Origin: a virus
Lineage: Duplodnaviria; Caudoviricetes
DNA: 34,172 bases
Strand: one strand, 5' to 3'
IMG/VR virus record: IMGVR_UViG_3300038321_000427
Coordinates: 1-34,172 of that record
Part shown: in pieces, positions 1 to 8,668 of the stretch
How positions within the stretch are numbered: position 1 is the first letter of the stretch
Layout of the letters: each line of letters starts with the position of its first letter
Translations under genes and position numbers: made by a program
Notes under the pieces: generated by a model
Seen by the model: the letters and a program-made list of their open reading frames with translations, nothing else
What the model was told of the DNA's origin: nothing
The model's database searches: none

Positions 1-963
1 ATGCGAAGTAAAATTGAGTTAAAAAAGAACCGTACTGACAAAACTTTTGACAGAGGATTTGATGAATTTATTCTTTATTGTAGAGTAAGAAATTTAAGAC
101 CAACAACTTTAAAATATTATAATGATATAGTTAATATTTGGTATAAATTTTGCGATTATAAAACACCAATTAAAGATATTACTAAGAAGACCGTAGATGA
201 TTTTATAATTTTTTTACAAACAAGGACAAAGGAAAATGATGTAACTGTAAATTCTGTTTTAAGAGGTATGAGAGTAATACTATATTATTTTATGAAATTG
301 AATTATATGGAACAATTTAAAATTCCTAAATTAAAAGAAGATAGAGAGGTTATAGAAACATATTCAGACGCAGAAATAGAAATTCTTTTAGAAAAACCTA
401 ACCTTAAAGAGTGCAATTATATAACCTACCGTAATTGGGTAATAATTAATTTTTTTCTTGCAGAAGGTTGTCGTGCTAGAACTCTTGTAAATATAAAAAT
501 TAGAGATATAGATTTTGAAAATGACTTAATAACATATACTTGGACTAAAAATCGTAAACAACAAGTAGTACCAATGGCAAATAGTTTAAAAAGAATACTA
601 ATAGAGTATTTACAATATAGAAAAGGTGAAGCAGATGATTTTTTATTTGTAAATGCATATGGAGATCCATTAAAGGTAGATCAATTAAGTCATAATTTAG
701 CTGATTATAATAGGCGTAGGGGTGTTATGAAAACAGGGGTACATCGCTGGCGGCACACATTTTCAAAAATGTGGATTATGAATAATGGAGATATTTTTAG
801 ACTACAAAAAATGTTAGGTCACTCCTCATTAGATGTTGTAAAAAAGTATGTAGATATATTTACCAATGATCTACAGAAGAATTTTAGTAATTTTAATCCA
901 TTAGAACAGATTACTAAAGGAAATGTTAAGAATCACATTAGTATGAGGGGAGGTAGAAAGTAA
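1..963 (+). CDS. int: Tyrosine recombinase/integrase
   Basis: N-terminal SAM-like region (LRPTTLKYY); catalytic R (GCRARTL), HxxR (HRWRH), LGH and Y (VKKY). Confidence 0.93.
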   Translation: MRSKIELKKNRTDKTFDRGFDEFILYCRVRNLRPTTLKYYNDIVNIWYKFCDYKTPIKDITKKTVDDFIIFLQTRTKENDVTVNSVLRGMRVILYYFMKLNYMEQFKIPKLKEDREVIETYSDAEIEILLEKPNLKECNYITYRNWVIINFFLAEGCRARTLVNIKIRDIDFENDLITYTWTKNRKQQVVPMANSLKRILIEYLQYRKGEADDFLFVNAYGDPLKVDQLSHNLADYNRRRGVMKTGVHRWRHTFSKMWIMNNGDIFRLQKMLGHSSLDVVKKYVDIFTNDLQKNFSNFNPLEQITKGNVKNHISMRGGRK

Positions 964-1529
964 TGTTATTAAGTGAGCAATTAAAAGGACAGCTTAGAAA
1001 TGAGTTTATGCCTATTAAGAGCCTAAAAGTTTACAGTAATGCAGATGCTTTAAACATCAAAATAACTTTCTTAAAATCGCTCTCAAAGGGTATTAGAGGT
1101 ACTTGCAGCATGATATTGGACTTCATGGAAGCACGTGTTAATACTCAAGAGGAATCAGATAATTATATGATTGTATATGCATCTCAACAACAAATTGCTG
1201 ATGAATTAGGATTTACGCGTGAATGGATATCCCATTGTATTAATAGAATGGCTGCAAGAGAAAATTGTATATTTACTAAGATCAGACAAGGTTTGAATAA
1301 GTCTAACTATTATATAATGAAAAAGAAAAAAGAAATGGTAGATTTATTAAAACAAATATTCCAAGCTCAACAGGAAGAAGCTAAAGTTAAAAATGCAGAA
1401 AAACAGCAAACCCAGAAAAAAGAATATAAGAAGTACTCCAAGAAGGAAAGTACATTCAATAATTTCCAACAACGTACTTATGATTTTGAAAAATTAGAAA
1501 AGCAATTGCTTGGATGGGATACAGAATAA
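963..1529 (+). CDS. HTH DNA-binding protein, replication-initiator-like
   Basis: YASQQQIADELGFTREWISHCINRM wHTH followed by RQGLNKSNYY; C-terminal FNNFQQRTYDFEKLEKQLLGW motif seen in Clostridial DnaD/initiator proteins; TAATG coupling to integrase. Confidence 0.65.
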   Translation: MLLSEQLKGQLRNEFMPIKSLKVYSNADALNIKITFLKSLSKGIRGTCSMILDFMEARVNTQEESDNYMIVYASQQQIADELGFTREWISHCINRMAARENCIFTKIRQGLNKSNYYIMKKKKEMVDLLKQIFQAQQEEAKVKNAEKQQTQKKEYKKYSKKESTFNNFQQRTYDFEKLEKQLLGWDTE

Positions 1530-1549
1530 AAGTACAAAAAAGTAAAAGA

Positions 1550-1579
1550 GATTATATAAGTTGCAACCTTAATATAATC
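1550..1579 (+). promoter_or_regulatory. Stem-loop downstream of the HTH gene
   Basis: GATTATAT-AAG-(TTGCAAC)-CTT-A-ATATAATC. Confidence 0.4.
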
Positions 1580-2064
1580 CCTAAAAACGTTAAAATTTAA
1601 TATACTTAACACTAATATTAGTATACCAGTTTTTAATTAATTTTAAAATATCCTATTAAAAAGTTTCTTAAAATTTAGGTTTCTTAAATTCAGCCTTTTT
1701 TCAAAGGTATATTGAAAAGGCTTATTTCTCATATCTAAAAATAATTCATATTAGTATTTCTAATATAATTTTTATAAATTTCAAATAACAATTCATATTT
1801 TATGTCCCAAATTTATAGTTTAATCAGTAAAGTCTCTAAAAATATTCTTATTAATTTTTGGATGTGAATTGCAACTTTATATGATAACAATAGCAGTTAA
1901 CAACCAAAAGTTAATAATAGTTAAAGTTAAAATATGCACTAACAATACATAAATATATATGTTGTTTATATCTATTCTTTTATATTTATTATTAATATGG
2001 TTTTCTTGCAATCTATACATAAATTGTAAGAAGAGGTAAAATGATATTTATAGGGGGTATTATT

Positions 2065-3093
2065 ATGTTTTGTCCAAAGTGTGGAAAAGAAAATCCAGAA
2101 GGAAGTTTATTTTGTAATTATTGTGGTGCTAAAATTTCAAGTGAAGAGATTAATAATGTCAAAATAAATAATGAACAAGAAGAGAGTAAACTTACTGAAA
2201 ATACTTTACAAGATAATAAAAAGTCAAATAAAAAAAGTAAGGTTATTCGATCTATTGTTGTAGTTTTCATAATAATAGCAATTTTAGTATTTTCATTATA
2301 CTTATATGTATTAAATCGTATTAAAAGTGACCTAAGCATTAGCCTAACTAATGCAGAAAAATATGCTAAGGAAAACAAATATAATGATGCATTACTTACT
2401 TTAAATGCAGCACATATACCTGATTCGTCCGTTTCGTCTATGTATATGGGTGGTAAAATAATTTACGGGAAATTAAATAATGAAGTTGAATCTAAGTGCA
2501 AAGAATATACATATGAAAGTTATGTTGAAAAAATAGATAAGCTAAAAAGTGTTAATGATTTTAACAATAACTATGAAGACTATAATAATAACGTCCCTGC
2601 GAATATAAGAGGTTATTTTAAAAATTTAAAAGATAAAGGCTATACTGATAAAGTAAATCAATTATATTCTGTAGTAATAAATAAGATGAGAACAACTTTA
2701 AATCAAGATAAAGTTTTTGGAAAAGGTATTAGTGAACTTTTAACTTACATGGGTATGGATAGTGTTGGAGATAAGAATACTTTACGACAAATATATGAAT
2801 TGAATAAATCGTATCGAACAAAGTGGCAAATGATAAATATAAATACTATTGGCTTTGATGATAGTGTTAAGGTTGAACGTGAAGCTGATGATTATAGGAA
2901 TAACCGTGATAATCATATAAAAAGTGAACCTAGAATTGGAATGACAGCAGATGAAGTAAGAGAATCTACTTGGGGTAATCCATCACATATAAATAAAACA
3001 ACAACTGCAAATGGAACAAGTGAACAATGGGTTTATTCTGATAATAAATATATATATATTGAGAACGGAGTAGTTACTGCTATACAAGAATAA
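2065..3093 (+). CDS. Zinc-ribbon, single-TM membrane protein with C-terminal SmpA/BamE- or DUF2845-like domain
   Basis: MFCPKCG...FCNYCG zinc ribbon; TM IVVVFIIIAILVFSLYLYV; IGMTADEVRESTWGNP...EQWVY...ENGVVTAIQ; AGGGGG RBS favours ATG 2065 over 2041. Confidence 0.8.
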   Translation: MFCPKCGKENPEGSLFCNYCGAKISSEEINNVKINNEQEESKLTENTLQDNKKSNKKSKVIRSIVVVFIIIAILVFSLYLYVLNRIKSDLSISLTNAEKYAKENKYNDALLTLNAAHIPDSSVSSMYMGGKIIYGKLNNEVESKCKEYTYESYVEKIDKLKSVNDFNNNYEDYNNNVPANIRGYFKNLKDKGYTDKVNQLYSVVINKMRTTLNQDKVFGKGISELLTYMGMDSVGDKNTLRQIYELNKSYRTKWQMININTIGFDDSVKVEREADDYRNNRDNHIKSEPRIGMTADEVRESTWGNPSHINKTTTANGTSEQWVYSDNKYIYIENGVVTAIQE

Positions 3094-3146
3094 ATAGTTT
3101 TGAAATTTTAAGTATCATTGAATTAGAATATTAAATTAATAGTAGA

Positions 3147-3177
3147 GAGACTAGAAGGTTAAGTTCTGGTCTTTTTA
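3147..3177 (+). terminator. Rho-independent terminator
   Basis: GAGACTAGAA-ggttaag-TTCTGGTCTT then TTT. Confidence 0.7.
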
Positions 3178-3179
3178 TT

Positions 3180-3392
3180 ATGTCCAAATCTATAATGTGG
3201 GAAGAGATTGAAAAGAAAAAAGCTAAACAAAGAAAAATAGCGACTCAAAATAACAACAAAGCTAAAGCAGAGGTGGACAATGTTCCACAACAGGTCGAGC
3301 AGGGGAAAACAAGAGATATAGTATCAGAAAAGGTAGATATAGGTTCTGGACGTACGTATACTAGAGCTAAAATTGCTGTAATAGAAACATAG
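3180..3392 (+). CDS. Possible small protein or remnant of a ParB-associated HTH gene
   Basis: 70-aa ORF; KTRDIVSEKVDIGSGRTYTRAK resembles HTH segments of phage ParB-like proteins; no RBS, and the ATG abuts a terminator. Confidence 0.35.
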   Translation: MSKSIMWEEIEKKKAKQRKIATQNNNKAKAEVDNVPQQVEQGKTRDIVSEKVDIGSGRTYTRAKIAVIET

Positions 3393-3447
3393 AAAAACGT
3401 GTCGAAATATGATAAAATATGAATAAAAATATGGAGAGATAACACAA

Positions 3448-4149
3448 ATGAGAAATGATGAAGTTGCTGTTTCCAAAGAACTAATAGAAAATATTATAGA
3501 AATTCTAAGTTTTAATAGTGATAGAGGATTTAATTGTTTTGAGAATGAAAAAAATATTATAAACAAATTAAATCAATGTATCAATGACATGAAAGAAAAG
3601 CGTATAGAATTAATTTTCTCTTCTATGATTGATTTTGATAACAATAATTTAGTAATTTGCAACATTGAATTTTTAATGCGATTAAGAGATTTATTAAAAG
3701 AAAGATACATAGAATATGATTTACTAATTAATAATGAATGTGTATATAGTAATAGAAGAATTTTAGCAGAAATAAAAAATAGAAGAGATGAATTTATGAT
3801 AGGTGGAGATTTAACTGACATTATTCGTAAACATGATGAAAAAAACAAAAATCTCAAAGAATTAATAAATATGATTAATAAGAATGAAAAAGTTATTTTA
3901 GAGATTGAACATTCTTCAAATCATACTATTGATACAAATGAACTTAGAGTTGAAATACCCACAAAAATTATTACTTTTGATAATGATAGCCTAGTTATTG
4001 GAAGTAAATTATGCTGTTATAAATTAGAAACTGGTATACATTTTGAATTTATGATACATGATATAGAAACTATTGATAAAGCATTTCTTTCTAAAGGATT
4101 TGAATTAAAATTTTATAGTTGTCCAAGCATATCATTCTTATTTAATTAA
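3448..4149 (+). CDS. Hypothetical protein
   Basis: 233-aa ORF with GGAG RBS. Confidence 0.7.
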   Translation: MRNDEVAVSKELIENIIEILSFNSDRGFNCFENEKNIINKLNQCINDMKEKRIELIFSSMIDFDNNNLVICNIEFLMRLRDLLKERYIEYDLLINNECVYSNRRILAEIKNRRDEFMIGGDLTDIIRKHDEKNKNLKELINMINKNEKVILEIEHSSNHTIDTNELRVEIPTKIITFDNDSLVIGSKLCCYKLETGIHFEFMIHDIETIDKAFLSKGFELKFYSCPSISFLFN

Positions 4150-4154
4150 GATAA

Positions 4155-4189
4155 AAAGGCAATAGGTTTATTAGATCCCTGCTGCCTTT
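4155..4189. terminator. Likely bidirectional terminator between convergent genes
   Basis: AAAGGCA...TGCCTTT stem. Confidence 0.55.
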
Positions 4190-4220
4190 GTAATTCTATT
4201 TGCAATAGAGTAATATATAA

Positions 4221-4982
4221 TCATTCCATAAATCTATTTTTTATATTCCATTTTAAATATTTTTTATGTTCTTCCTCAATATTAATTTTAATATTAGGAT
4301 TGATATTAAATAGAGAATAATTATTTTCAGCTATTTTACTAGATATTAGTATTTTCCCAGCATCGTCAAAACTTATATATCCTTTATCAAATAAAGAATC
4401 ATGTTGAGGACACATTAAAAAGCCATTATAAACATCAATTCTTTCTATATTGTTGCTAAAAGTCCAATCTTTAATGTGACTAGCAATTAGAAAACTACGC
4501 ATATTAAGTCCACATATTTTACATTTAGGATCATACATAAGAAGTTTCCTTTTAAATAATTCTTGACCAATTCTTTTTTTTACAGTAGCATCAGTTTCAG
4601 TTTTATCTAAAGTTTTGTTATATTTTTTCTCAGTATTTTTAACATATAACTTTTGAAATATATTATCTGGTGACTCAGGATCGCCAAATGAAGCATATAA
4701 TAAATCTACGATAGACTTTATAGCAGGTTGTATTTCATAAGATAAAGAAAAACGTTTTTCATTTTTATATTTTTCGTAGATAAAAAGTGCATAGTCAACA
4801 TAGCAGACACTGTTACAGTTAGATTGTTCTAAAATTTTATATAATTCTCTATCATTAAATTCTAAATATCCTTTATTAATAATCTCATTATAAAGTAAAG
4901 GTGCTTTATAATATATCGAGCCTTTAAGATATTCACCTGGTTTACAAAGATCATTTCTAAAAAGACACTCATTACAACTCAT
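4221..4982 (-). CDS. HNH endonuclease (HNH_2, restriction-like)
   Basis: RIGQELFKRKLL, CKICG, LIASHIKDW, NGFLMCPQHDSLFDKGYISF; AGGAGG RBS on minus strand. Confidence 0.88.
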   Translation of the reverse strand: MSCNECLFRNDLCKPGEYLKGSIYYKAPLLYNEIINKGYLEFNDRELYKILEQSNCNSVCYVDYALFIYEKYKNEKRFSLSYEIQPAIKSIVDLLYASFGDPESPDNIFQKLYVKNTEKKYNKTLDKTETDATVKKRIGQELFKRKLLMYDPKCKICGLNMRSFLIASHIKDWTFSNNIERIDVYNGFLMCPQHDSLFDKGYISFDDAGKILISSKIAENNYSLFNINPNIKINIEEEHKKYLKWNIKNRFME

Positions 4983-5146
4983 AAAACAATACCTCCTACA
5001 AATTACTTTAGTAGTAGTTTATGTTTAAAAAAGCAAATTATTAAAAATTATAGGATTATACTTGCAAAGACTATGATTACTTAGCATTTAATAGAGGAAT
5101 CTTTTGCCACTTGTAGAATACTTACAAAAGAGGGGAGATGCTATAT

Positions 5147-5710
5147 ATGGAAGTAACTAGAGGGGATTTTTATTGTGGAGCTTTTTTATCTTTTTTATTG
5201 AATAATGGAATTGTTCCAGCTCTTTTTGAAGAACGTATTGATGCTAATAGAAAAATATATGACTTTACAACTAATAAAGGAAATTTTAGAGTTTATGTAA
5301 AATATACAGAAAGTCCTTCAAGTAAAAGTGAAGGGAAAGGAAGTAGTATTTGGAACTTTCCTTTTACAGAAAGTCAAATTGATGAAATTAAAAATATAGT
5401 AACCGATGATAGAAGTTTATATTTTGTATTTGTATGTGGTAGTTCATCTTTAAATAAAAGTAGAATAGCAGTTATTTCACAAGATATTATATATAAATGC
5501 ATTGATGTAAATAGAGAGAATAAGTATAAAAGTCAAAGTGTAAAAATTAGACTTATAAAGAATCATAGAGATTTTGATGTCTATGGTACAGCAAGATCTG
5601 ATAAATTTGAAAACAAAGATAACACCATAAAAGTACAAGTTAAAAATATTGATGAACTTTTTGGAAATAAGCAAGAAAATAAAGAAGATTTAAAAGAAGA
5701 TTTGTGTTAA
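5147..5710 (+). CDS. Hypothetical protein, possible PD-(D/E)xK-fold nuclease
   Basis: YDF...RVYVKY pattern followed by WNFPFT...FVFVCG; GAGGGGAG RBS; start at 5138 or 5147. Confidence 0.6.
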   Translation: MEVTRGDFYCGAFLSFLLNNGIVPALFEERIDANRKIYDFTTNKGNFRVYVKYTESPSSKSEGKGSSIWNFPFTESQIDEIKNIVTDDRSLYFVFVCGSSSLNKSRIAVISQDIIYKCIDVNRENKYKSQSVKIRLIKNHRDFDVYGTARSDKFENKDNTIKVQVKNIDELFGNKQENKEDLKEDLC

Positions 5711-5740
5711 TAATTTTATATATTTTTTATTATAAATAAT

Positions 5741-5772
5741 AAAGGCAACAGGATCATTACTCCTCTGCCTTT
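5741..5772. terminator. Likely bidirectional terminator between convergent genes
   Basis: AAAGGCA-ACAGGA-tcattac-TCCTC-TGCCTTT. Confidence 0.55.
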
Positions 5773-5981
5773 TCTTTTTTTATCCATTCAATTTTATATC
5801 CGATTATTTCAGCTATTTGTTTGCACTCTATATATTTAATAGTTCCTCTTGTTAATTTATTAGATAAATTTTGAGTGGTTGTGTCAGTACCATATTTTTC
5901 ATTCATAGCTTTTACTATATTAGTTAAAGTCCAACCTGATAAAGCTATGAAACTTTTAATTTCATTTTTTATATCAAGCAA
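5757..5981 (-). CDS. Small XRE/HTH-type repressor
   Basis: GGAGGTGA RBS then TTG at 5981 (ORF track extends to 6074); TTTQNLSNKLTRGTIKYIECKQIAEIIGY is HTH-like. Confidence 0.75.
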   Translation of the reverse strand: MLDIKNEIKSFIALSGWTLTNIVKAMNEKYGTDTTTQNLSNKLTRGTIKYIECKQIAEIIGYKIEWIKKEKAEE

Positions 5982-6005
5982 ATAATCACCTCCTAAATTG
6001 ATTAT

Positions 6006-6109
6006 ACTATAGAGTTTTATTTTATTCAAATATAAATAAAAATATTCAATATAATTTAAAATATATGTTGACATTTTAAACTATAGAGTGTATTATTAAA
6101 CTATAGAGT
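6006..6109 (+). promoter_or_regulatory. SigA promoter overlapped by operator repeats
   Basis: TTGACA (6068) N17 TATTAT (6091); TTAAACTATAGAGT at 6076 and 6096, and core ACTATAGAGT at 6006. Confidence 0.7.
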
Positions 6110-6134
6110 AAATAATACAAGGGAGGTAAAAAGT

Positions 6135-6497
6135 ATGGATGATAATTATATGAAAGCATTAAATGTTTCAGAAGAAACTTTAAATAGGATTAACTCAATA
6201 TATGAAAAATCTGCAATTACAAGTTTTGAAGATCTGGAGGACTTTATAAGAACTATAGAGCACTATTCAAAAGATACTAGCGAAGGATATTTAGAATTAA
6301 ATTCAAATGGTAGGTATGTATTAAATGACACAGAGCTTACCTGTGGCTATCCAGTAGAGCTATGGAATAATAAATCTCATAGTTGGAATGATGGAAGAAT
6401 CGAACATTCAGACGAATATGGAGGTTATTATTTCTATAACTATGATGAAGAACATATTGTGTTAAGTGATGGAATTAAAGCAAGAGTAAGAATATGA
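6135..6497 (+). CDS. DUF5348-like protein
   Basis: C-terminal NGRYVLNDTELTCGYPVEL...WNDGRIEH...GYYF pattern; GGGAGG RBS. Confidence 0.7.
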   Translation: MDDNYMKALNVSEETLNRINSIYEKSAITSFEDLEDFIRTIEHYSKDTSEGYLELNSNGRYVLNDTELTCGYPVELWNNKSHSWNDGRIEHSDEYGGYYFYNYDEEHIVLSDGIKARVRI

Positions 6498-6899
6498 AAT
6501 AAGATTTGTGTAAGAAGTGTTTAATTAAAATCAAGATTTTATTGAGTTTTTGAAAAACACAAATAAGGTTATAAAACAGAGTATATAAAAAACAATTACC
6601 TGTAATAACCTATAAAGGATAAATATAACCATATATGAACATTGTACAAGCACTATAAACGTGCTAAGATGGAATGTACAGAAAGAGATACCAACTCTTT
6701 CACATCTGATCTTTGACAACTAAATATTTTAACTACACTAATATTCAAATTGTTTTTATTTAGTAAGTAATAATAAATAAAAACACATGAATACCAAATT
6801 TACTTATATGATGGCTATAGTATAAATCTAAAAAAAACATTTGTCAATACTTTTATTAACAAAAATAGAAATTTTAATTTAAAAATAGGGGGAATGTAT

Positions 6900-8618
6900 A
6901 TGAACAATAAATTATCAGAAACAGAAATTGAAAACATAACAAAGGATATTCTAAAACTAAAGAATCAAACTGCAAAGAACATAATGGAGATAGGCAAGAG
7001 ATTACTGTTGGTTAAGGGGTCACTAAAACATGGAGACTTCCTTCAATACCTTGAACAAAAAGTTGATTATACATCAAGGACAGCACAAAGATTTATAAAA
7101 GTATATAAGGAATTTGGAAATGCGACAACGTTGTCTGATGTAGAACCTAGTAAATTAATATCACTAACTAAAGTCCCTAAAAAAGATAGAGAAAAATTTA
7201 TTCAAGATAATAATATTAAAAATATGAGTTGTAGGCAAATAGAACAAGCTATAAGAGATATAAAAGCAGCACGTACCAAAATGAAGAGTGTTAAATCTAA
7301 TACTCAGATACTAAAACAAAATAACCCTAGAGGCAATGTTCCACAGGGTGAAGAAAGTAATCCTACAGATGATATTTGGAAAGATACTATAGAGTTATAT
7401 GATGAAATAATACTCCGAACTGGCGACTTTTATTATAGTGATAATTTAGAACTTGATAAAAAGGAAAATTTACTTTTGACCAGATATATTGCAAAAGAAA
7501 TTACTTTTGACCAATTAAAAGAAACAATTACAACTAATAAATTAAATATACCAATTATGATTAATGAAGAAGAATATAAAAAATATATAGATGGGTTAGA
7601 AATTTATAATGCTTATATGCACTATGTAGATTTATATGGTTATGATTCTAAAGAAGATAAATCTTATACATATTATTCTATTTTGCTAACAGAAGAACTT
7701 GACTATAAAGATGTAGTTCAAAAAACATATGCTATTGAACAAGGAGAAACAGAAGAAACTCGTCAACAATGGATAAGGGAAGATAATTATTTACTAAATA
7801 AAGATAACATTACTATTGATCTTGGCTGTGAGGATTGTTCTGAATATATTTGTATCTATATAAATCAAAAGCTATTCGCACACTATGATATTAAGAAAAC
7901 TGATTATTATAAATGTATTAAAAAATTATTTGCTCACTATGGAATTAATAAAAAATATTTAAAATTAGTTGATGAATTTACTAAGCAAAGAGAAAAAGAT
8001 GTAATGGAGCAACTACAAAGGACTTATGATAATAATGTTAAAAAAGCAAGATTCAAGTATATAGAAGGTAATGAAACATATTTATTATTACATTGTTTGG
8101 ATGATACAGATTATATAAAAGTATTTAAAGACCTTAAATCAGTTGCGACTTATACTTTTCCAACAAAAATAAATCTGTATTCTCTCGACTTTTATACTAC
8201 AGTTTTAACTTGTGATTTTGTAAAAGATATAATCAAGCAGACTGAAAGCAATGCTGATACTAGATTAGAGTATACAATGAAATTTAAAAATAAATTAGTA
8301 GCAAAAGCAAAAGAACAATATAATTCATTCAAGAGACAATATGAGAATAACTTTAATTGGGATGGGTTTGGTTTTGATGATTTTAAGACCAATACTAAGA
8401 AAAAAGATGTATCAATTGATATATTCGATAGTGAAGAACTGGGATTTTTAAAAGATATGTTAGATGATAAGTCTTTGTGGCGAAAATTTTATGTAAAAAT
8501 TGCTAATAAGATACACCCCGATAAAGTTGTTTCTAAAGGACAAGAAGCAATTAATGAAGCAGAAAACCAGATGAAATTATTAAACGCAATTAACGACAAA
8601 ATTCAGAAATGTTGCTGA
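6900..8618 (+). CDS. DUF3102 (HTH) protein with C-terminal J-domain-like HPD motif
   Basis: EIGKRLLLVKGSLKHGDFLQYLE...SRTAQRFIKVY; C-terminal FYVKIANKIHPDK...AENQMKLLN; start at 6894 or 6900. Confidence 0.75.
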   Translation: MNNKLSETEIENITKDILKLKNQTAKNIMEIGKRLLLVKGSLKHGDFLQYLEQKVDYTSRTAQRFIKVYKEFGNATTLSDVEPSKLISLTKVPKKDREKFIQDNNIKNMSCRQIEQAIRDIKAARTKMKSVKSNTQILKQNNPRGNVPQGEESNPTDDIWKDTIELYDEIILRTGDFYYSDNLELDKKENLLLTRYIAKEITFDQLKETITTNKLNIPIMINEEEYKKYIDGLEIYNAYMHYVDLYGYDSKEDKSYTYYSILLTEELDYKDVVQKTYAIEQGETEETRQQWIREDNYLLNKDNITIDLGCEDCSEYICIYINQKLFAHYDIKKTDYYKCIKKLFAHYGINKKYLKLVDEFTKQREKDVMEQLQRTYDNNVKKARFKYIEGNETYLLLHCLDDTDYIKVFKDLKSVATYTFPTKINLYSLDFYTTVLTCDFVKDIIKQTESNADTRLEYTMKFKNKLVAKAKEQYNSFKRQYENNFNWDGFGFDDFKTNTKKKDVSIDIFDSEELGFLKDMLDDKSLWRKFYVKIANKIHPDKVVSKGQEAINEAENQMKLLNAINDKIQKCC

Positions 8619-8668
8619 TATAAAAGATAGTATTTGATATATAAATAAATATAAAATGGGGGAATAAT

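Noticed and set aside
6531-6719. 62-aa minus-strand ORF
   Set aside because: Non-ATG start, no clear RBS, low-complexity hydrophobic sequence typical of AT-rich antisense frames
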